64,000 bases of DNA from Orbicella franksi. Lineage: Eukaryota. The notes under the pieces were generated by a model. That model had not been told where the DNA came from, did no database searches, and worked only from the letters and a program-made list of their open reading frames with translations. Positions 50,258-63,085 of this stretch are shown here, piece after piece. The stretch is taken from positions 16,616,001-16,680,000 of the forward strand of contig OZ116703.1 in NCBI GenBank assembly GCA_964199315.1. Reading direction: 5' to 3'. The translations under genes and the position numbers were made by a program. Positions within the stretch are counted from its first letter, which is position 1. Every line of letters starts with the position of its first letter.

Positions 50258-52095
50258 GTACAACTTATGTTTCTTCACCTTCTACAAAACACGATTTACT
50301 TCTGGGTTTGCTTTTTCGTCTCTGCTCTTCCAGTTCTTTTTGATGCTAAACACACCCTCAGGTTTACTTCGAATATTGTTTTGAACGTAAGAATCTGATG
50401 CAAGAGATCCAGGCCGACAGACACAAGAAAAACAATTTCCTTCTGGATAGGAGTTTTCCTTTTCTTTGTTCTATATACGTGTATGTTCTACAAAAAAAAA
50501 AATATGTTTTAAAGTTGGTCAGTTCATAATCTACAAGTTTGCGCAATTATTACCTCCTGTTCACGACTCATTCCTGCTCTGTCATACATCGCAGCTTTAC
50601 CTCCCACGTGAAGCAGCTGAGTTTCACACACGAAATAAAACATTTATTCAAACTGTTTCTTATTTGTCTTCTAAACCTCGCTCGCGAGACCCTGATTTCA
50701 GAATTAAATCCAGAGAAAAAGAAAAACAGAACAAGTTATAAGAGTCATTCAATAACACATCCTTTTTTACAAAACTTTCCAAGTCTATTCAGACATAAAG
50801 AGTCGTACCGTAATATCGAACAAATTTAGTACGAGAAACAAAAAAGTGTTTCTCGGTCGAAAGGTTAAGGAAAAAGGTATACAGTTGTTTCCTAATTTTG
50901 ACGTTGTGTCACTTAGTATCTGTTTCACTGTGTTAACCTGTTATCCTGATATTTAGACACGTTATCCGTTAATTCCCTTTTCGCTTACATTAATAGATGA
51001 CAGGTGGGAGGGTAGTAACTAGCCAATGAAACCCGCCAACCAAAGCAAAGCGGAAAGCCCTGACTAATTCGATTGAACTAGGAACACATTGTCTTCTCTT
51101 TGGAAGCTCCGTCTCACTAAAAACAAAATAAATCAAACACGAAAATCTAAAACATCGAAATCACCAAACACATGAGAACATTTATCATTAATCAATGTTA
51201 TCGACCACGATAGCGTTCGTCTTTCTTTAATGGTTGGCACGAGCGACGATTTTTTAAAGAAAGAAGCAATTATTTTCCCCCCTCGAGGATGCGATCTTTG
51301 TTTGTAACGAACGTTATTGTTTTGGCTGAATATTTATCGCCACACTTGGTTCTTTTCTTCTCTGTTTCAAAATTCAAAGCGTGCTATACCGCGTTCTTCC
51401 TCCTTTATTTTCCTTTAATTGGAAATTTTTTAATCAAAGGAATCGAAATAAAAGTACCAAATGTTACTCTCCCATCTGCAATGTGCTTTCAGACTCCAAA
51501 CCTCCGGTAAAACTGCTCGGCAGATCGAGTAGTTTCAATTCGTCGTTTTGTATTTTCCGCAGTTACTATCAACAGTTACATTAGAAAAACAGAAACGGGT
51601 AAATGTTATCTAAACCAAAATTGACAATAGTTGAGTTAAAATGCAAATTTTCATGTTCAACTGATCATTCAAGTGTCGCTGTGTATTGTTCAATTCCACA
51701 GCGGCCATTTACTTGGAAGAAAGGAAAAATTGCTATCTAACATTTTATTTATCCCATGTTGGCACATAAACATCCTGAAAGCGTCAATTTTGACTTCACT
51801 TGTTGTATAAAAAGGTCTTTTACTTGAGAGGTAAACAAATTTTCAGTTATTCGCTGTCTCATAATGCCAACGCAAAAAAAGTTTAAAGATCATTGTTGAA
51901 ATTTGCAATGAAATGTCTCTCCAAACATTCAAAAAGACCAGTCGCTTTCGTTTTATTAATTGCGATAAATATAATAAAGGTTATTGTATAATACCACATG
52001 CCGCACAAATCTTACTGCGAGAAAACAATGCTTTTAAGGTGGTTTTTTCAGACAGTAAAGTGTCTTTAAACTGACTCCTTGTTGCATTTTCTCAG

Positions 52096-52542
52096 GTATG
52101 GTTTCAGAACCGTCGAGCAAAATGGCGGAAGCGGGAGAAAGCGAAAGATGGTGAAGATGGGCAGAAAGATTCAGATAACAACGAGGAAACGGAGGCGAAT
52201 CAAGAAAAGAGGGAAACGGACGGAGAAGAACGAGAATTGAGCGGCGATATGGTAATTAAAAGAGAAAAAGACAGCGTGGAACACGAAGGACAAGATACAG
52301 GAAATGGAGAGAAATCGGAGGACGAATATCGTCAGGAAGATACGCGAAAGCCAGTGAAGGAAGAATTCCCAGCGCAGTGTGGGCGTTTTAAGGGATGCGC
52401 GGGTCATGCGTACAGCGACAAAGAACACAGTTCAAGAGATTTCGATTATTTTGAGAAGATAAGAACATCAAGCATCGCTGCTCTCCGACGAAGAGCAAAG
52501 GAACACGAAGTACTTCTCACGTCACAGAACTCTGTGATTTGA
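52096..52542 (+). CDS. Uncx: Uncx gene 3, exon 3 (helix 3, acidic linker, OAR motif)
   Basis: Acceptor ttttctcag|. VWFQNRRAKWRKREK..., with RTSSIAALRRRAKEH at 52462-52506. In frame with ORF 52237-52542. Confidence 0.94.
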   Translation, partial: VWFQNRRAKWRKREKAKDGEDGQKDSDNNEETEANQEKRETDGEERELSGDMVIKREKDSVEHEGQDTGNGEKSEDEYRQEDTRKPVKEEFPAQCGRFKGCAGHAYSDKEHSSRDFDYFEKIRTSSIAALRRRAKEHEVLLTSQNSVI

Positions 52543-55500
52543 GACTAATGAGGATCATTGGAGATCATGATCAGCGATTCTTCGTTTGACACATTGAACA
52601 ACATAGCATAAATGAACCAGTCTTTGACAGTGACTGATCGTGTTGGCGAGTTCTGGGTACATAACAAGTGTAAATACTAGCTCCGTCAGTCGATGCACAT
52701 TTTCCGGATGTCATCTCTAAAGAACACATTTCAGTTTCAAAATACAGTAATGATAGGTCACTGTGCCAAATATTGATGAATCAAGATCTAACGTTGCTCG
52801 TTTCTGCCAAAAGCGAAACAGTAGTAGCTGTCAGTGCGCTTTGTTTGATGACAGAGTAACTAAACAAATGTTAACTCAACTCAATAACCTAATCTGTAGT
52901 TGTCGACCAAAACACGTCGAAAAAAGATGAACGCTCTCACGCCTCCGGGCTTTTAGTAAAAACTGAAGTTAGTGAAGTTTCCAGCCAGTTGTACAGTAAC
53001 CGCTGTTTTTGGCCACTAAATTTCAACACCGGTCAAGATTTTCCGGTAAGATCCCTAACTCAGAGTTCAAGCAAGATATTAAAATCAGAAAGTCTCGATG
53101 TCAGAACAAACCGGTAGTACAGTAGGCAGAAAAATAACTCTGCCGGTCAGGAGGGTCTTATTTTGGGCAAAAGTCTTTAATCTAGTCTGTACAAAGTAAT
53201 TATCTCAATTTTGATTCAGATACGTTTGGCAGATCCTAATTGAATGTAACAAACATTAGATAGATATCTGGAGTTTACAGTATTGTTGTTAAAATATTAC
53301 TTGAAACTCAGGTTGTAAAACTATAAACATTGAATTAAAACTCTGTAATAATTCGGTCGTCTCGACCCAGTATTGAAATAAAGCTTCAAGCTGTATAACT
53401 ACAATCCTCAGTATTTATTTGTAACGACTATTTAGTTCGATAAATGAAAGGAAAAATTTTCTGCGGCTTTCAACGAACGAAGTTTTAATTACAAAAAGTG
53501 CACACCGTTTTGGTTATATTCCCGAAATATCCAATTTCACAGATTTCACTGAATGTGAAATAGTGGTACATAATTTTAAGCAGGTTTTTAAGATCAAATT
53601 TTGCTTCTGTACTTCTTTTGTGGTGCAAATTATTAATACTTCAAACAAAAGAAATAACTTTTTTATAACCTATTTAAGATATTGCTACCTGCTAACAGAG
53701 TCGCTTCGATCTTTCCTAAATATGAAAGATCGAAGCGACTCTACTAGCAGGGTAAGATTTTGCGAGTAAGTACAATTTTATTATTCGCTCAGTGGACTTT
53801 TACGGTACGACTCGACTTAGTTAAATGAGCTACCCAATGATTAAAAATTTTCCAACATTTCCAGAAGATGTTTCACCGAAAAAGGTTTCATTTTCACTTT
53901 ATTTTGTCCCGCTTTTTTTATTTTAACTCCGACAAATAATCGATTTAGCGAATAAGACGTTACTAAAATATTATTCCTACATTTATATCAATATATTTTA
54001 TATCATCTTTATTGTAGTTGACGCTTGACTTGCCGAATAATTCACACACTTTTCTTATTTGTTCAAACAGGAATAACTCCATTTGAAAATATTTATTAAG
54101 TTACAGAGCTCTGCCAAGCTCTGGAGGATTTAAGTTGAATGATTCCACGTTGCATTTCAAACATTTACAATTAACACAACTCGCGAAGACGCTGAAATGA
54201 CCTCTGTTTATATGCTTTCCCCTTTCATATTTCTTGCAAAATTGATCGCCTATTTGCCTTTTTAGTCGTTTTTAAATCATGTACGTCAATTGCGACATTT
54301 TTCGGCTCGTGTCTTTACCCCGAACAAGTCTTCTGCGAAGATAAATTCGCTATACAATTGTTGCATACTGATTGGCATTAGGCGGCGAAATCTAAACTGA
54401 ACATTTGGGACATCCCATTTTGGCGTTTTAATTGCTGTTGTCTGACTTGCATTAGAGTCTTTCAAGTGATTCGTCAAAGTTCTCCTCATAACAGCTGATG
54501 GATAAACGTAAATTTCGCTTCAGAAATTAGATAAATTTCAATTTGCAAGAACTTCAAAAGGCAATCGAGGTCGCACAGATTAAATAGGATGAAATAAATC
54601 TTTCTATTGAAATGGTATTATTTCGTGCAAAATCAATTTGCCACTCTCGGGGTTTGAAAATACTGAGAATTATAATTTCGTTTACGCGGTAAAAAAACTC
54701 AAAAGGCCCGAAAATTTAATTTTTTCAATTTACTGATGGCCTTAAAGGTCAAACTGCTCGGACGATTAATTAACTAAGACAAACGGACAGGTTTTCTTTC
54801 GATATTGCACCGAGCACAACCTTGTGTGTCACAACATTATTCATTTATCAAAAAGAGTTTTTCAGTGTTTCACCTTTTCATATTGTCGCGTCTGAACCAT
54901 TTCCATTGTATTTAATTTGATACCTGACAAACTTCAAAAGCACGATGGGCTCTCGAACACTAGCAACGTTTTTTTGAAAACTATTTTGAAAAAAACCTGA
55001 ACAGGAGTGGAGCTAATTCTGAAGTATACTGCAAACGGCGTTGAACTGAACGATTGCTTTTTGCGTTGTCTTTGGACTAGAAAACTACTAATCTGCTAAA
55101 CGAAGTCATAAAACAGCCATTGCGGAAGTACCAATTGAGTATTAGAACACAAAAACTACTTTTTATTATTTGGTTTTTAATTTATTCGTGGGAATTTTTT
55201 TCCAGGGAAAGAATACGGTGACCAAATGAACCATTAGATATCCCATTGTGAGATTCTCTAAAATCGGAGGTCAAATTTGAAACGCAAACTTGAGCCAAGT
55301 ACGAGAAAACACCCCGAATCAATGAAATGGCTTCAAATCGCGGATGTTGGCGCTGTCACCACATGTTAGGTTCACATAATTATTATCGTATTTGGAAAAT
55401 CGAATTACTCATTGCTTCCAAGCTCATAAAATGGATTTTGTTCGGCGCAAATGAAACGAATTAATTGCAAATTCGTAATTGTTTACGCGCTTCCAGCTTT

Positions 55501-57248
55501 ACTAGACGATCAAAGTTGTGGGAAAATTTACCACTGTCCCAAAAGGCGTTTTTAAATTTTCTCATCCTAGAAATAGGGGTGATAATTTTTCAACACACAG
55601 GCGAAGGCTTCAACACTTTACAATTTCTTAAACGATTTATCCCCTGAAAATGCAAATTATCCAGTGAAATTTTGCAGCAAAAAGCCTTTAATTGTGAGTT
55701 AACCGACGCTGATTGACAACAAAGAAAATCAAGCCTTCTTTCGTCTTGATTTCTTTCAATTCGCCATGTCCAAACCAGATCGTGTTATGTTTGCTGTAGC
55801 TGCTAATTTCTTTGGAATATCACCTTCGAAATTTTTAGGTTTTCGCACCTGGGTCAACACTACTCTAAAAGGTTTAGGGTTTTATTTACCCAAAATCAAA
55901 AACAGGCGATCAATATCAAATTTGTCAAGTAAGTTAACACGCAAATTGTCGACGCTCATTTGAATTTAGACGACATTATGGGTTTACGTAGCCAGGTTGT
56001 TTAACTTTGCAAACGACAACCTCGTCAAGGACAGATTCTAAATTAAAATACAACAAACCAATCATTTTTTCATCTATTATTTCTCGCAAGGTTAGCGCGG
56101 TTCAGCGATTTTTTTTTAATCGCAACTAACTGATATGAAAATTAATATTTTCAATTGTGTTATTCCACTAATTTACGATCTATATCTCTTTTCAGTAACA
56201 TACTATCATTGAGCGCTTTAGAAAACGAGACCACCGTCTGTTTTAGGGGACTGTTTCTGTCACGGTATAGTTAAGAAAAAATCCATCCAGAACCGGGATG
56301 GACGCATTCTTGGTAACCAAGAGAAAAGGTAATTAGGTTCTGAAATATGTAGATGATTTCCAACTACGCAACTGATATAATAAAAAGAGATATTAGATAT
56401 TTTGTGCACAAGTGAAAAGGTACAATTTCTAATCTCCACAGCGGAAAAATAGTACTAGAATGCGTCTAATTTTCAACTCTTTTTTCGCTTGCCTGTCTAT
56501 GGAACTATGTTACCAAGTAAAAATATAGGACATACGCGGCGTTTTTGAAGCGTTTTAGCGGTTAGAGATGCTAGACTTTAAAGCGTAAGCTCAAAAACTG
56601 AGGAAGAAAAATCAACAAAATTCCCTCGGGACTTGCTTTGTTCTGAAAATGCACCGGCGTAATGTCGGCACAATCACATCTTACGAAAGTTAACTCGAGA
56701 AAAGAAAAAGCGGAAAGCCATTGTGAAAGCAAAGTTAGATTTTCAAGGGACTATTTAACGCTGTACACCTGCCCATTCATTAAAAGTAAAAACGCGTTAA
56801 ATTTCCGATATTGACGATATTAAATTTCGATTATTTGAGACGTAAGTCCTTAAGTTTCGCACAATTCGAAAAGAGTTTCCTGGGTTTTTTTCCTGAGTTT
56901 TCCTGAGACCTGGGTAAAATAAAAAACCCTAATGTTATAAATTAATCGCAATAAAGGTTGATGAGATAAAGAGAGTAATAAACGTTTGTGCACGAACGGT
57001 CCTTTTGGGGTTTTCAAATAAATCACCGAAATCAGACGTCTTCTACTCAAGTGTCATTCAGTCAAACACTGCATTGCGACAATTAAAAAAAAATTATATC
57101 TTTGTCATTCTTTGTGAAATCTTTGGGCACAGCTTCAGTTTAAATGTTATGACCTCAAGACAGTTTGAACAACCGTTTTGATCGAAAAGAAATGCGTTCG
57201 AAGATTTTGGGTTTTTTAAATTCAGATGAGGAATAAAATTACATTGTA

Positions 57249-57474
57249 AGGGGGGCTACATTTGAAAGATGTTTGTCATGCAAGTTTGTCAGTATTCTCT
57301 TTGGAGTTTCATGCAATCTGAGATGCCATCATAGGTTTTATTTACAATGGAAGGTCACACAAAACGTTTGATTTTTTAAAATTCTTATGCAAGACTTACG
57401 AGCCAGTAAAAAGAATGGTTGGGTGGAGAAGATAAGTAGATTTACAAAAATTTGGACATCCAAGTAGCCTCCCT
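57249..57474. mobile_element. Possible old MITE (AGGGRGGCTAC termini)
   Basis: aggggggctac...gtagcctccct followed by TTAA on the right. The left flank (tgta) does not give a clean TSD. Confidence 0.4.
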
Positions 57475-58303
57475 TTAAGAATAGTTGTCTTGTAAGGGGA
57501 GTTTGTGGGGCATTATTTCTTTAACATGATTCTTCATCCCAATTGAAATAATTCGTCATTAATCCCTAAATTGTCTGTTTTGCAACAATCCGTTTAAATC
57601 TTACCACGTTCCTCTATGGTTCATTTGACCGTTTCTTTAAAAGCTTTTTTTGATCACCCCAGTGGTTCAACTACTGCCGTTACACAGGATGCAAGATCCT
57701 GGGTTTTACTGCATTTTCTGGGGGTCCGAGCAAAAACAAGAGGAGATGTCCCCTTTGGGACACTGAGGCAGTAATGGATTTTCCCAACGAGTCCAGTTGG
57801 TGTTTACAAAGTTATAGTTAAAACTCTCGTTTAAGCTTGAGTTTTTTTTGTAGCTCCCTTTTTTAGCAGTAATTAGATTGCTGTTAACCCCCAAAGGTCA
57901 TTCATAATCACTTTCAGCTATTAAGAGTTGCTATCAGTATGAGATTTCTTACGACTTGGAGGCAATTTCCACTTACATCAGCAAAAATGACTTGAAATTG
58001 AATGACAGGGGACTATTAGCAAAAACGTTCATGTTAGAGAGTAGAGAACATCGAAAAGGAAATTTTTTCCCTATCGCTAAGGTAGTGAGGATGAGGATAT
58101 ACACTTATTTTGGCGACTTTTGCTACTCGTATCTTAGTGAGTCAGTAGTAAAAGTTCCTTCTCGGACCTTCTCGGCTCCGCCATATAAAGAGGAAGGAAA
58201 AACTTTAGAGAAGAGGACTACCATCGCATTCAAGCCTGGGACACATGTAGAGGTAAATACTCCTCGTCGCTTTATTTTATTGAAAATCAAAGATAAGAAT
58301 TAG

Positions 58304-58634
58304 AGGTGGCGAATGGTCCTTTAAAAACCAGGGGTCTTGCAGTTTTGTTTTTTTTTACAGGCTATGTGCGTCTCGCGATCGCAGTTTTTTTTTTTCACAG
58401 AGCGGTCTCCCAGACTCTTGTTTTTGAAAGACTAATAAGAAACTCTCGAAGTCCCGATTCCTTTGCTTGTTTCATGATAAGTGTCTGAAAGTCTTAGAGT
58501 CTGAATGTCTCGCCCTCGCATTTAAAACACTTTAAAGTCTCGCTACCACAATTTAAAAAGTTAAAATGTCTCAGGTTCGCTAAGAAAAACGCTAGTCTCG
58601 CGTTCTCGCAAAGTCTCGCATTAACCATTCACTG
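58304..58634. mobile_element. Possible decayed non-autonomous element with GTCTCG subterminal repeats
   Basis: About nine GTCTC(G)-like hexamers and partial TIR (gtggcgaatggt/accattcactg). No TSD found. Confidence 0.45.
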
Positions 58635-61439
58635 TCTCTGACTGGAAGTGATGAGCTAACTGTCATTTTCGGTCTACTGCAGCGGGATTTGATGACTCCA
58701 CTGTCACCAAAAATATTCAGTACGTTAAGAAAACTTTCAGGCTGGATTGGGTCTGAAAAAAATTAAACAAAGTTTTTTTACTTTTACTTGTTTTTGGCGA
58801 AGCATTTTTTTGAACGAATTGTCCCGGTGGTCAGTGAAACTGTACAAAACAAAGACAACTGTGAGGTTAGGGAATCACTCACTGGTTGAGTACACTTCCA
58901 ATGTTTTATTGTCATAATAATGGGTCCTGAATGGAAGGGGAACACCCTTCTCACCCCCAGCATGAGGTATCAGTTATGGCACCGTGTTGTTGTCAAAAAT
59001 TGTGGAAAAAAAATGAGTGCTAGGTGCATGGAATATTCTGTGTACTTCCACTCAATGGTCAGTAGGTCCTGTCCCCTTCCTTCAACAGACTACTGGATTG
59101 AAGTAGATCTTGATTTACTGTTGGCTTTGAGTGATGGAAGTAATATAATAAGGGTGAGGGGCATAGGAGAACATGTCAGAAAAACAGGTTAATACAGAGA
59201 GAGGTACAGGTAGGTGCATTTATAATTCATCTTTCAAAGGGGGGTATTATGATACCATGAGGTTATTTACTAAATTACTGTAAAATATTGGTTACTGGAG
59301 AGATTTACTAAAACCAAAAGGTGATTATTTTTTTATATGTTTAAAGCACACATAGACCAAGCAATGTATCTGATAACAAGATTATGTTTGATAGGAGTGT
59401 TTCCAAAGCTTCGAGATATGATAAGTGTCAAAAGATTTGATGCAAGAGAATGAAAGACTTCAAGAGGATGAGAAAATCTGACATTTTTGTTTGAAGATCA
59501 ATTAACTGGGTATATAAAGCACTATGTAAGAAAGAGTGCACTGAAAGCTGTACTTCTATAACTCAATAGAACACAGAACAAGTAGGATAGTGCAACCAAA
59601 GAGAATTTACAGTTTTGATAATCAAAATGAACAAACAAGTTTTCTTCACTTTTTTCCCAGGGTTTTCTGTACGAGATAGAATGCATTTTCTCCACCTTTC
59701 TATTGATTTATAAACATTTTGTGAAAATTTGGGAAAAGCAGTTGTTCCCACAGCATTTCTCATTATCCCAAACTGTTTGTATAACTGGCAGGAAATAGAA
59801 AATGGTTTTCTATTTCTTAATAATATTAAGTAGACTGAAGAATATGAATGACGCATTATATCATGTCTAATTTATTTTCATTTGAGTATCATTGGATGCT
59901 TATAAGCAGTTAAACATCTGTAATTTTATTTCAGTAAAGATTTTGTTGCTCTCTCTGATTGAAGAGTCAATCTGCCATTGTAGAATATTGGGACTTTCAA
60001 GTTATCTTTTCCACTTTTATTACCTTGTGTTTTAGTAAGTCTTCAATTCAAGGAGTGGGTGCCTCTTTGGGTCTCTCAGTATATGACAGTCTTAGTGCTT
60101 GACGTATGCTTTGCAAGGTTCCAGAGCACTGAGCATGGCCGCCAAAACTGTTCTTCTTGAAGAACTTCTAGTATGGTTTAGAAGCCCACCAAAAAGCCCC
60201 TATGCTTGTCGTTCTCAATGAATCCATACATTATTCAAAAAGTATCATTTAACTTTCTTCATAAGAGGCTGACTCTCCTTTGAGACAGTGAAATAGATGG
60301 TCCAAGGGCTCCTACACTGTGGCCAGTGCACCATTAATGTGGATCTTGTGCCCTGAACTGGCCTCTTCACTCTCCAGACCTTGTTTCATCCTTGGTGTTC
60401 ATCTGTGAAGCTGCAGCCTAGCATGATCTTTAACAGCATCATCTTCACAGTTGCTTAGTTAGTTGTGAATGAAGAACTTCAGTCCCATCCAGTTGAAATA
60501 CATGAAGACCACAAACACTGGTATGGAGGTTGGCACAAGAAGACCAAAGTAGCATGGTGAATACTGATTTAGACATGATTCTGGAAAATCCTGTTACATT
60601 AACAAACATAAAATGTACTGTCACTAACTGCAAAAAATGTCTGCAAAATGTAAGAGCCAGTGTATTGCCATAACTCTGACATTGTTCTGTTGGTTATAGC
60701 CATCTGTGGTAATGAAAACAAATGGCAAAAGTCTCCTCTATAAAACTCAGGTCAGTTTACTTGTAATTTGCCCTTTGACAGAGCTATTCTTGGCAAAATT
60801 AATCTTAGTTGAAGCACTGATGACGTTCTAAAATTTACTGTAACAACAACTTATTTTGTACCTAAACAATGATTACAAATATCAAAAATAAATTTTACTT
60901 AAATATTGCAAAAATGATACTGGTCCAATGAAAGTATAACAAGAGCCCTCAAAAGTAATTTAATGTCGAATAGTCATGGCATGATCAGTTGCTTTACACC
61001 GTACATGTGTGCAACTTCAAGATGAAAACTGCAGCCTAGTCTAGTCTAAGAAACTGGAGTTTGCAATTAAGTGATACTTGTTCCTTGACTGCAGGCACAC
61101 TTTTAATGCAAGGACTGTCCTTGTGTTAGGATCAACTTTGTAACAGCAGTGTTACTGTTCGTGAGGGTGCTGTATTAAACGAGTAATGGTCTGTGCTGCT
61201 GTTAAATACGAGAGTCACTGCGAGATGATCAATTCAGTCATATTGGTATTGGGCTGAACAGTCGTAGATAAGAAAGCTTCGTATGTACTAATCTGAGTTT
61301 TAATTGTTTACTATGTGTTGTGTATAATCAAAGATGTTCCTCAGCAAAATATTGCAAGGCTCTTATGGTTCTTATAAACGTCTGTAAAAATTGTGCTCTC
61401 AACGCGACATAAGTTTATATAAGCTTATGAATGCAAAGA

Positions 61440-61590
61440 CAGAGGCGGAGCCCAGGGAGCCCGCCCGCCCCCCCCCCCCGCTTATTTTGGGTTTTTGGGT
61501 GAAAAGAAATCGCAGAAGGAAGAAAAACCGGCAGGGAAAGCAAAACAAAACCGGGCTCCCCTCTTATCTCAAGGTCTGGATCCGCCACCG
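61440..61590. mobile_element. Short element with GGCGGA(G/T)CC...GGATCCGCC termini
   Basis: cagaggcggagccc at the left and ggatccgccaccg at the right, with a poly-C tract inside. No clear TSD. Confidence 0.5.
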
Positions 61591-61698
61591 AAAGCTACAT
61601 GAGCGCTCGGCATGAACGCAACATTAAATTATACGGGATGTTTTTTTTACCGCGTATTTTTCCCATACCCACGAAGAAAAACCTAGATATTTCCTTAC

Positions 61699-61830
61699 CT
61701 CTGTAGTTAAATAAGTATAAAATATCCCGAAAAGGCAAACAATTACGAAGATTGGAGAGAAGATCAGCAAAAAATACGGGGCCAAATTGTCCGCAAAAGT
61801 ATAATGAACTTCTTCTCGTTTGTCCTCCAT
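61699..61830 (-). CDS. Candidate first exon of an unidentified small single-pass membrane protein gene, head-to-head with ADSL
   Basis: gtaATGG start. MEDKREEVHYTFADNLAPYFLLIFSPIFVIVCLFGIFYTYLTTE has a ~20-residue hydrophobic stretch. Strong phase-0 donor GAG|gtaagg. Downstream exons are unresolved. Confidence 0.45.
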
Positions 61831-61938
61831 TACATTTTCGCGGCTGACCGCTGATCAACAGGTATGGAAGTCCATAGTTTTTTTTGAAGTAGTTGCTGGG
61901 CAGAAAATGTTATGATCGCGGTCTCATTGGAATCCAAC

Positions 61939-62094
61939 ATGGCGGGAAACATGGCGGGAGATTCAGTTCATTCTGTGTATCGAAGCCCTCTTACAAGCCG
62001 TTATGCTAGTCCTGAAATGGCGTTTAACTTCTCCGAGGACAAGAAATTCTCAACATGGAGAAAGTTATGGCTTTTTCTAGCGAAATCCGAGAAG
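61939..62094 (+). CDS. ADSL: Adenylosuccinate lyase, exon 1
   Basis: [52 protein letters not shown] matches the ADSL N-terminus (YRSPLxSRYASxEM...F.TWR.LW). Donor AAG|gtaaaa. Start at 61939 or 61951. Confidence 0.93.
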
Positions 62095-62168
62095 GTAAAA
62101 TTTGTTGCCTTTCGAAAAACAGTTCATACACAGGATTTCAGTGGAGTTAAACGATTTTGACTTTGTAG

Positions 62169-62372
62169 ATGCTGGGATTAGATATCACAGATGAACAAAT
62201 TCAGGAAATGGAAGCTAACTCGACGAATATAGACTACAAGCTTGCGGCTTCTGAGGAGAGGAAGCGTAGACATGATGTCATGGCACACGTGCACACATTT
62301 GGTGTCTGTTGTCCAAAGGCGGCCCCCATTATACATTTGGGAGCTACCTCTTGTTATGTTGGCGATAACACT
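62169..62372 (+). CDS. ADSL: Adenylosuccinate lyase, exon 2 (204 nt)
   Basis: Acceptor ctttgtag| after a 74-nt intron. [13 protein letters not shown]...[34 protein letters not shown] is conserved ADSL sequence. Donor ACT|gtaagt. Confidence 0.97.
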
Positions 62373-63085
62373 GTAAGTTATTATACTAAAGTAGTTTTAG
62401 GGCCTAGGACTATGGGTCAAAAAGTAAGTAACAGTGGTAGGAGATGGGAGAGGGAGAAGTCTTTTTTTTGGGTGGGGAGAGGGGGTGACGGGAGGGGAGG
62501 GGGGGGGGGCTGAACTTCCCCATTCCACTTCCAGCACCTTTTTATTCTGGTTCCTGCCGGTTTATTGCAAAACGTTCTCTCCCCCAGAGACCGCTCTCTG
62601 TTTGGTCAGCACCAAGAAACTACTGTGTTGCAAAAGCCATCCAGGACTGTAATCCTGACCAAAAGGAGCACAGCTGTGAGATGAGAATGGCAAAACACCA
62701 AAAAATCATGCCCTTTTGTTAAGTGTTTCTGTTATTTCTCCTGGCTCCTGGCTCATTGGGAAATTATTAATTCCACTTCCAGCCTTTCTACCTAAATGTG
62801 AGATCCATGTCTCCAGACTATTAACCTAGCATATCAATCAACATGTTGATCAGCAGTAACTGGCAGCACTTTCTGTCTATAGTATAAAATATCTTAAATG
62901 GAGAACTTATTGTCATCTTCGGAATCAAGAGCCATTTGACTCTGAAGATGACTTTCACTCGGGCTGTCAGATAACTCATCACCAACAATGTCAATAACAG
63001 GCCTTTTCAGGACTACCCTGACTCAGGCAACCATGTTAGACCAACCTATGATACTACTGTGAGGCTGTCATTAAGGGCTGGTAGT

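Noticed and set aside
1819-52542. Homeobrain-Rx-Orthopedia PRD cluster
   Set aside because: The homeodomains carry unc-4 signatures (RTNFxxWQL, REALALxLDL), not Hbn, Rx or Otp residues.
58753-58850. Two-exon minus-strand model with an intron at 58753-58787
   Set aside because: The implied intron is only 35 nt, too short for typical animal splicing.
61831-61938. ZNF143/THAP11-type motif in the bidirectional promoter
   Set aside because: Only a loose match (actatggacttcca) with the wrong spacing.
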